From assembly GCA_964014485.1 (NCBI GenBank), contig CAXHAT010000014.1, positions 1 to 61,120 on the forward strand: a stretch of 61,120 nucleotides of DNA, written 5' to 3'. A program made the translations under genes and the position numbers. How positions within the stretch are numbered: position 1 is the stretch's first letter; each line of letters starts with the position of its first letter. The notes beneath the pieces were generated by a model. The model worked only from the letters and a program-made list of their open reading frames with translations, had not been told where the DNA came from and ran no database searches. This DNA is from an uncultured Deferribacteres bacterium. GTDB lineage: Bacteria; Zhuqueibacterota; Zhuqueibacteria; Zhuqueibacterales; Geothermadaptataceae. Below, piece after piece: positions 18,296 through 28,129 of this stretch.

Positions 18296-21200
18296 CTATC
18301 TAATGAGAGTCAGTTTCATTACAAATCTAAAGTCTTGGGCTTCAAGTTTTGCGAAATAAACCCCGCTGGCAGTATCGGGTGACCGCCAAATGACTGAATA
18401 AACGCCCGGCTCCTGCATCTCATCCACAAGGTGATCAACGACTTCTCCGCGGATGTTGAAAACCGTCAGTGAGACATGCGCCCGCTTAGCCACCGCGTAC
18501 TTGATCGTGGTTGCTGGATTGAAGGGGTTGGGATAGTTTTGAAACAATGCGAACTCGGCGGGAACGTCCGCATTATTCTCGTCAACGCCGGTTGGCGTTT
18601 CCGTTGTAAACGCTCGAACAGGCGACCATACTCCTGCGCCGTCGTCGTTTTCGCTGCGCACCCGCCAGAAGTATCGCGTCGTATTCGCCAACGGCGTTTC
18701 GGAATTCCAGGCTATTGACGTATCGCTTGCCACGCTAAACGCAAATTCAGGAGTAACAAACACTGAATCATCGTCGACGTGAACGACATAGCTAGTTGCC
18801 AAGTCCGCCTTGCGCCACATGAATGTCGGCGTAATCGATACGCCCGTCTCGTTGGCGTCAGGAGACAGAAGTATTGGCGCACTAGGGCGTTGTACGGCGG
18901 TAGTGAATTGCCAATGTTCCGACCATGTACTGAGTCCGCCGGCATTCACAGCGGCTACCCGCCAAAAGTACGCTGTGTTTGATGACAGATCAGCAGATTT
19001 TGTCGTCTGTGTGACGCCGTAAAACTCCTGAATGAGTTCTGAGAAAAGCGAATCGGAAGCGATTTGGACGTGATAGAAATCAGCGCCGACCGTACTGTTC
19101 CAAACGAATTGGGCTTTGAGTTCAACATTGTTGGCGTCATCGAGCGGCAAAACAAGCTGTGGCGCTTGCGGTGCAGTCGACGACGCTTGCACATAGCGAA
19201 TAACTGTCATGATATAGCCTTTGGGATTAGAGAACGATGACGGGACTCTCACTTCATTGACGAGGACGGCGATGTTGTCATGCTTGTCGACTGTGAGCGC
19301 AACAGGAAAATCATCTCGATTTCCGGGATTGTTATAGCTGAAACTTTCCGTTTCAGCGCCTACGGGCGAATACGAAACAACACTGACGTCTCTGCCGGTT
19401 TCTTCCGAATCCCGGTAGCCCAGAACATAGGCGTTTCCCTGACCGTCAACTCCGAGATCAACGGGCGCACCCAGTACGTCCGCAGCCCACAATTCTTCGC
19501 CGTCGACCGTGTATTTCACCAAGTGTGAACTGCCGTCATTTCGCGTTCCCGGCCGATGACCAAGGACATAAATCTGATCATTTGCATTGATTTCGACGTC
19601 AACGGATCGAGTGTTCCACGTACCGATGTCCTTTTCCTTAAGCCATGTGATGACCCCGCCCTGATCGTACTTGACGGTTAAGAACTCTCTCGTCCCAGGC
19701 TGAGACCCCGAAACATAGACCCCGTTTTCACTGTCAACCGCTAGACCGGCGACCTCGTCGTCGCCGTTTTGCGGTCCATTGAAGCGATTGAGCCAAAGCT
19801 GTGCGCCGCTTGAAGCAGCATACTTGATAATCACGTAATCCTTTTGCGTGCCTATGCCTTCGCTGTCTCCTGCAATAACGACGTCTCCGTTCCGATCAAG
19901 GACGCTTGTTACTGGATAGTCAATGCCGGCCAGCGGCCCGTTGTAGATTCGCTCCCAAACTTTGTCGCCGTTCGCGTTCAATTTGAAAGTTGCAATGTCG
20001 TCAGTGACGCCCGGATTATGAGTGGTGCGCCCTGTGATATATACGGTTCCGGCGTCGTCCGCCAGCAGATCGACGACGTCAACGTTACCAGCGTCGACGC
20101 TCCACAGCAATTGACCGTTGTCGTCATACTTTTCGATGTTTTGGCCGCCGACGTAGACGTTTCCGTCGCCGTCCACGCTGACAGCCGCCGCGTTGCTGTC
20201 CTCTGTCGTCGGCGCCAATAGGCGACTCCATTCTTTTTGACCCTGCGCTCTATACTTTGCCGTTGAGCTGCCGGTGATGTAGACGTTTCCTAGACCGTCG
20301 GTCGTGAGGGCCGTTCCATGCCCAAGCGCAGATCCCGTTCCTTCAAAACACGTTGTCCATAATTCTCCGCCGGAGGGCGTGCATTGCGCTGTGAACAAAT
20401 CACGCGGCTCAACAGGTCTTTTTCTGTCGCCGCTAATAACAAGATTACCGGACGGGGCGACCACGCCGAAGTCGTGCGTCATATTACTTTTCACTAACAT
20501 TTCTCACTTCAAATTGAGGCTAATTTGGAACCTTTTAGGCAAAAAATGAAGAACAAAACTCAGAGCCACCCTCAAGCGTTTTTCAAACATTGCCACAATG
20601 AGTCTGCCCCTAAGGCTTTTACAAATAAAGGCTTAAGATATTCAAAATGAAGTGAGAAATGTTAGTTTTCATTAACAGAAATTGTTGTGCGCCGTTCTTA
20701 TCGTAGCCCAACAGACCGGCGCGACCGCTGACATAAACGGTTTCGTTGTTAAGAAATACGTTATGCGGCAGATTGTCAAAGTTGCCGGAATCTCGATGCC
20801 GAGCGACCCATTCGATCAGTCCGATGGGATTAATCTTGATGGTTGCATACTCGTCATGGGGTCGGTCAGCCATTTTTTGACTCGCTGCGACAAAAACGTT
20901 TCGTTGCGCGTCCACAAGAACATCATATGTGTTGTTTCTAAATTTGCTGTTTGCATGAATCGTTCGCCATACTTGCTCCCCGTCTTTTGTAAACTTGATC
21001 GTACCCAACCCGCCCGTGATGTAGAAGCTTCCTTGCAGATCGACGGCGGCGGCGGTCGCACGATACGGTTCGCCGACATATCGTTCCGTCTCACTTGCCG
21101 TCCACAACAACGCTCCGTCAGGCGCGTATTTCAAAGCCGTATATCCTGAACGCTTGAACGACGAAAAGCTCTCAAAGCTTGTCGCTGCAACAAGCAAGTT

Positions 21201-21854
21201 CCTTTCGCCGTCTATTTGAACGCTGACGGCTTCAGCGTCAGGCGAACCCGAGCCGCTTGGCCGATAACGTTCGATCCATTGTTCGCCGCCGCCCGGACCA
21301 TACTTTATCATGACGACGTCGTCGCGAAAATCATCTGCGCGGCTGTTTCCCGCCACATAAGCGGAGCCGTCGGCGTCGACGGCAATCTTCACAGGAATGT
21401 CGTCTCCGCTGCCCGATCCGTTATGTTGTGCTGCCCACTCGATCACGCCGGTCGTCGAGACTTTGACCGTCAACATGTCCCAGCCCTGCTCACGCACCCC
21501 GCTTTTAGCCGTCAGGTAGATCTGGCCGTTATTGGAAACGTACATGTCGATGATATGATCATCTCCTGATGCCTGTGGAACGCCGTTGATGCTGCGACTC
21601 CAGAGTAAGTTTCCCAATGCGTCATACTTGATGAGCAGGATGTTCAGTCCTTCAGCGCCTTCCGCCGTCACCCCCGCGACGTAGACGTTGCCCACAGGAT
21701 CGGTGCGCATCATGGAGACCCGCTCTATGCTGTCGTCCGTCAGACGCGAAGCGTGATGGCGCACCCACGCTTCCTGGACAAGGTTTTGGCGTGCGGAAAC
21801 AGAAGTAAACAGGAATTGGAAAGCAAATACGAAAATAGCGACTCGCTTTGTCAT
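18296..21854 (-). pseudogene. Secreted SBBP beta-propeller repeat protein with FN3 domains and C-terminal sorting domain, interrupted by a MITE
   Basis: ORFs 20619..21899 and 18296..20500 carry DxxGNVYVxG / KYDxxGxxxW repeats, YFWRV FN3 motifs and FQNYPNPFNP. Removing 20494-20665 plus one TSD restores the frame (QFLLMKSNMTHDF). Confidence 0.88.
20494..20665. mobile_element. 172-bp non-autonomous MITE
   Basis: Perfect 18-bp terminal inverted repeats CTAACATTTCTCACTTCA (20494-20511 and 20648-20665). 6-bp target duplication TTTTCA (20488-20493 and 20666-20671). No transposase. Confidence 0.92.
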
Positions 21855-21966
21855 GAGAAAACCTCGCTGAATGAGTTGAGCGTGAGAGCCGGGACTCATG
21901 GCGTTACCGCCAACGAAACCGGTATTTTGTATTCAGATCGGTTTATAAGATAGGATGATGAATATA

Positions 21967-22014
21967 ATAATCAACATAAAATGAATAGTATACTATTCAT
22001 TTTATGTTGATTAT
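21967..22014. repeat. Perfect 48-bp AT-rich palindrome with no spacer
   Basis: ATAATCAACATAAAATGAATAGTA|TACTATTCATTTTATGTTGATTAT, between divergent genes. Confidence 0.95.
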
Positions 22015-22094
22015 ATAATTCGATTGAAGTCATTTGACTGAAAATGCAGTGTACACGCTGTAGATTCTTCATTTATGCTCAACTATGTTTGGGC

Positions 22095-22364
22095 ATGGAA
22101 AAGAAAGATGAAAAACTGGTTGCGCGGGTGAGTGGGACGGTCCTGTTTGAGAAACGTAAGGAACGATTTCGTATTGATCGACGGTTTTCTCAAGAGAAGT
22201 TTGCCGAAAAATGCGGGTTACATAGAACCACCATTTCCGCATTTGAGCGCGGCGTGTTGGAGCCGAAGCTCTCTACGATTATTCAAATCGCGAAGGCGCT
22301 GGAAATTTCTCCGGGGGAATTTGTGGACGAAGTGACAAGGCGGGTTGAAGCGTCACAAGGCTAG
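22095..22364 (+). CDS. XRE-family HTH regulator (controller-protein-like)
   Basis: SQEKFAEKCGLHRTTISAFERGVLEPKLSTIIQIAKALEIS. Start taken at ATG 22095. Confidence 0.88.
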   Translation: MEKKDEKLVARVSGTVLFEKRKERFRIDRRFSQEKFAEKCGLHRTTISAFERGVLEPKLSTIIQIAKALEISPGEFVDEVTRRVEASQG

Positions 22365-22902
22365 GTTGGTATTTTCGGAGTTCAATCCGCTGAAGCCTTG
22401 ACGGGTGCAACGATTTTGGTATCATAGGACGGAACTTTGACATTCGTGCAGCGGCCGGTAATTGCCGCATCTTGTCCGGGGCGTCTGGAATTATAGTTGT
22501 CGCAATCAGTAGGATTTGACAATCCTGTCTTCTTAAGTCTAATCTCTTGTCTGGAAGTCCGGGAATCCGCCGCCCATGTTAGATGAGCGGCGCGCTTGAC
22601 GACCTAAAGAGACTCTTCTACTCTGCTCGCAATCGAATCATCTTCACTTTAAAGTTCAGTGCGCAGTTTCCGCCACTCTGTTCAGACATCTCCCCTTTGC
22701 AGCGCTTAGCTGTGTCGCCCTCAAAATAGCCGCTTTTAGCCGCTCGCCAACAATTGACCCACTTTTTTGTTCTATTTCATAACTCGCCTGTCTCTTGTGT
22801 TAGAGATGAGCCTTGCCCTCAACTGTAACAGCTTGATCGCGTAACGAAAGAAAGATTTGCGGCTATGTAGCGCGGAAAATTAAATTATCCCATATTAGTA
22901 TT

Positions 22903-23754
22903 TTAGGATACGGTGTGGCTTAAAAAAAACAAATTTTTTCTGCTTCTTTTTCGTGCATGACCTTCCATGTAACCTGCCCGGTAAATTGTGATGATGGCCT
23001 CCTTCTGCTTTTCAAGCTTTTCAAACTCATATCTCATGGTTATGGAATGTTCCTCGATTTCTTTTTGTATCCGCACTTTCTGATCGACTAACACGTCAGT
23101 GATCCGTTCAAGATGTGGTCGCCACAGGGTTGTGAATACTGCTTTGCGAACACAATGGCACATTATACTGATACGCCGCTTGAAGACGCAATAGAGGGCC
23201 TTCGAGTGGTAAAACCCGACTGAAAGGCTCACACTGCCGCACAAAATTAGTGCTAAAACCACAACCATTATGAATGAGAGTATTACCAAACCCAACTCGC
23301 CTTCGCTTGAAAAAACCGTTTGCCAGAGATCAAAGGCTCCCGCATCCAGGAAGAGCCAGCGTAGGCCAGCACCCAATGTGACAAAAAGTATCGATACAAT
23401 GCCAATAGGTACAATCGAATACGGAAGGGCTGGAGGGGCAACAAAGCAGGCGATTCGCTCCTGCAGTTCATGATGCCTGTGATTCAACCTCTTCAGTTTC
23501 TCATCAATAACCCGTATCGCCCTTCGATTTTTCCCCATACGGATCTGCAGTGAAGTATTCAACCGGCTTGATTTTTCACCAAATACAGCCGCAATCGCAT
23601 CCTCTTGCATCTCAAGGTCAAAACCTTCAAAGCCATCTGCCTGTGCCCAAGTACGCACAATAGCGTGATTAGTATAGTCATCAAAGTTGCGTTTTCGGGA
23701 GGGATGAATGATTTCCATGTAATCTTCAAAACTTAAAGTTTCATTTTTTTTCAT
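22903..23754 (-). CDS. Hypothetical 2-TM membrane protein with flanking coiled coils
   Basis: 283-aa ORF with two hydrophobic segments. GGAG RBS. Confidence 0.7.
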   Translation of the reverse strand: MKKNETLSFEDYMEIIHPSRKRNFDDYTNHAIVRTWAQADGFEGFDLEMQEDAIAAVFGEKSSRLNTSLQIRMGKNRRAIRVIDEKLKRLNHRHHELQERIACFVAPPALPYSIVPIGIVSILFVTLGAGLRWLFLDAGAFDLWQTVFSSEGELGLVILSFIMVVVLALILCGSVSLSVGFYHSKALYCVFKRRISIMCHCVRKAVFTTLWRPHLERITDVLVDQKVRIQKEIEEHSITMRYEFEKLEKQKEAIITIYRAGYMEGHARKRSRKNLFFLSHTVS

Positions 23755-24039
23755 TGCTTCACTCCAATCATTTGTAAAAATTAACCAGGCTAGTTCCCTT
23801 AATAAATGATTTGTCTTTTATGCAGGAGTGAAGCGCCAATCTGACTCAAACGAAAAATTAAAACAACTATTAATTTGGGATTGACGTGCATCGATTCAGA
23901 ATCGGCGTGATTGGTTGGGGGGCGTACTTTAGAGTAATTCCCGGTCAAGAAGGGCAACGAGAGTGGGTATGATGTCGCTTTTTTTATATTTAATGAGGAG
24001 ATATTGCGAAACAGATCAGCCCCACGCAGGGTAGTCGTA

Positions 24040-24756
24040 CTACACGATTATGTACAACGCGATACGGTCCACACTAATATTCAGATCAGATGAAGGTCTC
24101 GGTAAGCCCGTCGCGCTGAAGGTGATTTCAACGGCATCGATTTTGGATTCGAAAGATATCTTTTGCCCATTGCTAAGGTCTAAATCGCAAATGATTGTTT
24201 TATTACGAAAGCTAGCTATATGGCGATCACTTCCGCTGATTTTCAATTGGAACTTGCCGGTACTCAATATCTGTGGGCCGGACTCGATCTTGCATTCGAG
24301 TGAGTGTTCAGTAAGCGTCTGCCACTGCTGATCAACAACAGTAATTTGTTTTTCTGGCAAATCCTGTGTGTCAGTTGGTGCATCGAGCGTCCTGAGTGGT
24401 CGACGCAGAGCTAGTAATACAAGAAACTGATTGAGCTGTTGTCGAACTTTCTCTACTGCTTCCGCCGCTTCCGAATCCAAACGGGTTTCATTTTCTATGG
24501 CACGCTGCCACAATAGACCCACATTACCCATTCCAAACTTACCCTGCGGGAACAATGCGAACATCGCTACGACCGTCTGAAGCTTGAGTTCTGCCAGCTC
24601 ATCGCCAAGCCTTTCCAGGCATATATCACAGGATTGCAGGTGGCCTTCAATACGGCCCCTTCTTTCGGAGTCGAGTTGCCGCCGGGCGAAGGCTGGCAGC
24701 AGCTCCGTGATGTCACTGCAAGTCAATGGCGGGGGAAATTTTAATTTACTCATCAC
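24040..24756 (-). CDS. zf-HC2 (ZAS) anti-sigma-factor-like protein, soluble
   Basis: CSDITELLPAF...IEGHLQSCDIC (HxxxCxxC). Overlaps the upstream gene. Confidence 0.8.
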   Translation of the reverse strand: MMSKLKFPPPLTCSDITELLPAFARRQLDSERRGRIEGHLQSCDICLERLGDELAELKLQTVVAMFALFPQGKFGMGNVGLLWQRAIENETRLDSEAAEAVEKVRQQLNQFLVLLALRRPLRTLDAPTDTQDLPEKQITVVDQQWQTLTEHSLECKIESGPQILSTGKFQLKISGSDRHIASFRNKTIICDLDLSNGQKISFESKIDAVEITFSATGLPRPSSDLNISVDRIALYIIV

Positions 24757-26194
24757 TTATTTCCTCGCTAGAATGACGATCATCAAGGAATTCTTTAATA
24801 AGACCTACTAACTTGCTTGGTTTAGGTTTTAGAGATTCTAAGTCAGAAAGAAGCGATTTCAACCTTGGGTGTAAATCATCGATAAAATAACTATAGGAGC
24901 AGACAAACTCACGAAAGCCGCCTACACCGATACTCCATTCCGGCAAACCCAGCCGCCGGTCAATGAGCTGGCTTGGCGGCAAATCGCAAATTTCTGATAA
25001 TTCGAGTTGATAGAAATCATCGCTTTTCGGTGCAAACTTTGGGTATTGACTTGCGACATACCACTTCAGATAATCTCGAAGCGCCAGCAGTGTTTCCCTA
25101 GAATCTTCGTTTTTCAGCAAATCTATGCGCTCTTCACAGGCTGCAATGGCGGTAACTGCCTCATGCGCCTTCCACAGGTTCACCAAGTATTCGAAGCGTT
25201 CAGGCAGGCCAAATTCTATCCTGGCTAATTGTACACAGAACTGGCGCTTTCTCTGATAGAGAGATGCATCCGTCAGGTCGAGGGCGCGTTGCACGAACCT
25301 CCATAATTCGGATTCCCGATAAATGATCGAGTTGGTGTTAGCGTACTCGAACAGCTTCTCCACGCTCAACTCCCCGATCTTCTTTTGCAGAATTTCCAGG
25401 TCAATGAGTTCGTCAGTGAATCTGTCGATTTCCCTGCTGTTCTCAAAACGGCTGCGGTCGAAATAGTTCAGGGCTTCCCTAACCGTCAGTAGTGGAATTT
25501 CTTCCGCTGAAGTCGTCTGAATCTTTGTGAATTGATTCAACTCTTTTTTATCCAAATTTCCCGGATTAACAAGATGATTTAGAAGGTAATCATCGCTGCC
25601 TTCATAGACTATCTTTTTTATGAATAGAATCATGGCATTGGCAACATCTGCCAGCCTCGCTTGTCTTCTCTCGCCGAACAACTGTGCGATCATGGTCACA
25701 TCGGCAACTAACTCAACAACCGTATCCCGGGAGAGTTGCATCTCTAATTTGGTTGGATCGAGGTCGGGCAAGTCGACTTCAACGTCGCCATAAATGGATC
25801 TTTTCATCTCGCGAGCGATAAACTGACGAAGAATTTTTTGAAAAAGACGATGGAATTGCTCCCCACCGCGCCACTCGGCTGGATGATACTTTTGTACTAT
25901 TATTCGCCTCGCCGTTTCCCGGCCATAGTAACGCTTTTTCTTCTTCACAACCTTGACTTGCGTGAGAAAATGCCCGTCACTCATTTTTACATCTATTGCC
26001 TCCATCGCAGCCGAACAAGCATAAGCCGGATCGCCAATTTCGATATTCTGACCACCGCGATTTTTAATAAGCATTCGGCGCGCTAAACCACTTTCCGCTT
26101 TCTCCAAGCGAATTCGGCTCTCGTGAAAGTCTGCGACAACTTTTTGCCTCCACCCTTCGAACAGTTGCCTGGTGACCAGATTTGTTGGCATCAC
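24746..26194 (-). CDS. Hypothetical helical protein, possibly an extended atypical ECF sigma-like factor
   Basis: 482-aa ORF coupled to the zf-HC2 gene. Weak sigma2-like (FHRLFQKILRQFI) and HTH-like (VQRALDLTDASLYQRKRQF) segments. Confidence 0.5.
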   Translation of the reverse strand: MMPTNLVTRQLFEGWRQKVVADFHESRIRLEKAESGLARRMLIKNRGGQNIEIGDPAYACSAAMEAIDVKMSDGHFLTQVKVVKKKKRYYGRETARRIIVQKYHPAEWRGGEQFHRLFQKILRQFIAREMKRSIYGDVEVDLPDLDPTKLEMQLSRDTVVELVADVTMIAQLFGERRQARLADVANAMILFIKKIVYEGSDDYLLNHLVNPGNLDKKELNQFTKIQTTSAEEIPLLTVREALNYFDRSRFENSREIDRFTDELIDLEILQKKIGELSVEKLFEYANTNSIIYRESELWRFVQRALDLTDASLYQRKRQFCVQLARIEFGLPERFEYLVNLWKAHEAVTAIAACEERIDLLKNEDSRETLLALRDYLKWYVASQYPKFAPKSDDFYQLELSEICDLPPSQLIDRRLGLPEWSIGVGGFREFVCSYSYFIDDLHPRLKSLLSDLESLKPKPSKLVGLIKEFLDDRHSSEEISDE

Positions 26195-26254
26195 TTGTTT
26201 CCTTGTATTCTTATTGCGGCCCGATGAAACATATGTTGGGTCGTTCTTGCATAA

Positions 26255-28129
26255 CTACTCGCAGTTTTGGCAATACCGAAAACCAACTTGCGCATATCCC
26301 TTGTCGGCATCCCGTAGGCCGGAGGAGCTTGGTAGAGCGAATAAAGGATGATCTTCCCAACACCCTCCTTTGACGATCTGTTTGCCCTCTTCGGTACTAT
26401 CTGTCCACTCATAAACGTTGCCGCACATATCCCAAATACCTAGCGCGTTACATCCTCTTGGAAATTTAAAAACCGAGGTTTGGCCGCCATTTTTATTTTT
26501 AATATTAAGACACTGTGTATCAAACCGAGCCCCCCAGGGAAAGATTCGTCCGGCTCGCCCTCTTGCAGCAATTTCCCATTCATCGGCTGTTGGGAGCCTC
26601 GCGCCCATCCATTCGCAGTAATCGCGTGCGTCTTCGAGTGAAACGCAAACAACAGGATAATTCTGTTGGCCGTGGGGAAACGATGCGATCCCATCAGCAC
26701 TACGTTTCCAATTATCCGGCACCTTCCGGGTCGGCTTTGCATCAAGAAATATCTTATAATCCGCATTCGTAACTGGCCACTTCGAAATTAACAAGCCGCG
26801 GGACAGTTTAACCTTTCGCTGTTGTGCCATCGAGAGCAAACCCGCCAAACCAACACCCAGGTTCAATTTGTCGATAACTTCTTTTCGCTGCACTTCTGAC
26901 AAGCCGAGCTGATATTTTCCAGCAGAAACATGTGTCATCCTCTCGAAAGGTGCCAGGCACCGACCAAAGTGTACAGGTAAGGCCCAGTCAGGGCGATTCT
27001 CCAAAATTGAACTGATGGCAAATCTCGCTTCATGCAAACACGAACTCAATGGCTGCCACCTGACGACATGCTTCAAGAAGGCAAAATCAAAAGCTGTTGC
27101 GGCGTACAACGGAATCTCCGATTGCATGCCAATGACTGCATCAATGTTTGGTAGCTCTGCGATGACTCTTGCAGCTCCCCTGCCGGATCGCGATTCAAGC
27201 TCATCTGCAATCGTCGCAGAACGACACGAGCTTAGTACGACAACCCTGATCGATGAAGGTCGGAGCAGATCGCAAAGCTCTTCGATGTTTAAGGCTACAC
27301 CTCGACGCAGTGGTGTGCCGTCTTCGAGCAGCAGGAATGGTTCACACTTATCCGGATCAATAAAGCTGTGCCCGCAGAAGTATAGGATATCATATTCTGA
27401 TTGTAGCGCTGCTTTCAGGACTTTTTTGGTCACTTTGCGAAGGATCTTAAACTGGACTAAATCTTTGCCTACCTCGCGCTGAACATCAATAATGGCATCA
27501 TAATGAGCCAAATGATCGGTGAGTGGATACTCTACCTCGGCTTTGTACCATTTCCCATCCAGAGCGGTAAAACTGGGGCCGTATATGGGGTTGGATAACA
27601 TAACAAGTACACGTAGCGGGGGAGCGGATTTGAGGCGTTGATTCCCTGAGAGAGTCGATGGGAGGCGTACGATCGAAAAGCGTGGCTGCTTTATCAGGTA
27701 CAGCCCTTTTTCCATGTCAAACATCAATTCCCACGGAAGGCGCTCAAGATTCGGCGGCAGGTTTTGCAAAGCAATCGTGAGACATTCAACACGGCCTAGT
27801 GTTTTCGGGTGGGCCTGTAAAGCTTCGGTGTAAAGGCGTCGTGTCTCTGCATCATCATTGATCAAAATTCGAAAAAGTGCAGAACCTAACTCTCGCATAA
27901 GATTCCCGCTCTCCTCGCGCTGCAGAAGCAGTGAACTCAAGTCAGGTTCCAGTATGGAACGCCACAATTCGTTACTCGACTTGAGGAGATTGGATAATTC
28001 ATCCGGATCAAGCTTCAAATCCCGCCCTGGCAAGGGTTTTGTGCCCGTAAGAACAACCTCTTCGATTCGATATACTTTTGTTGTGCGGGATTGAAAACGG
28101 AAGCGGAGCATGTTATTTGTTTGAGTCAT
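26255..28129 (-). CDS. CHAT (caspase-like) protease fused to an FGE-sulfatase (SUMF1-like) domain
   Basis: CHAT motifs LPWELM, LRVLVMLSNP, YFCGHS (His) and VVLSSC (Cys). FGE motifs RLPTADEWE.AARG, FPWG, DMCGNVYEW and GFR. Confidence 0.9.
   Translation of the reverse strand: MTQTNNMLRFRFQSRTTKVYRIEEVVLTGTKPLPGRDLKLDPDELSNLLKSSNELWRSILEPDLSSLLLQREESGNLMRELGSALFRILINDDAETRRLYTEALQAHPKTLGRVECLTIALQNLPPNLERLPWELMFDMEKGLYLIKQPRFSIVRLPSTLSGNQRLKSAPPLRVLVMLSNPIYGPSFTALDGKWYKAEVEYPLTDHLAHYDAIIDVQREVGKDLVQFKILRKVTKKVLKAALQSEYDILYFCGHSFIDPDKCEPFLLLEDGTPLRRGVALNIEELCDLLRPSSIRVVVLSSCRSATIADELESRSGRGAARVIAELPNIDAVIGMQSEIPLYAATAFDFAFLKHVVRWQPLSSCLHEARFAISSILENRPDWALPVHFGRCLAPFERMTHVSAGKYQLGLSEVQRKEVIDKLNLGVGLAGLLSMAQQRKVKLSRGLLISKWPVTNADYKIFLDAKPTRKVPDNWKRSADGIASFPHGQQNYPVVCVSLEDARDYCEWMGARLPTADEWEIAARGRAGRIFPWGARFDTQCLNIKNKNGGQTSVFKFPRGCNALGIWDMCGNVYEWTDSTEEGKQIVKGGCWEDHPLFALPSSSGLRDADKGYAQVGFRYCQNCE

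Noticed and set aside
22511..22530. Short REP-like hairpin AGGATT-TGAC-AATCCT
   Set aside because: Single copy, with no RAYT transposase or repeat family in the window.
26255..26420. DGR variable region in the FGE domain, and ORF 26191..26412
   Set aside because: No template repeat or reverse transcriptase in the window. The short ORF is an out-of-frame shadow of the CHAT-FGE gene.
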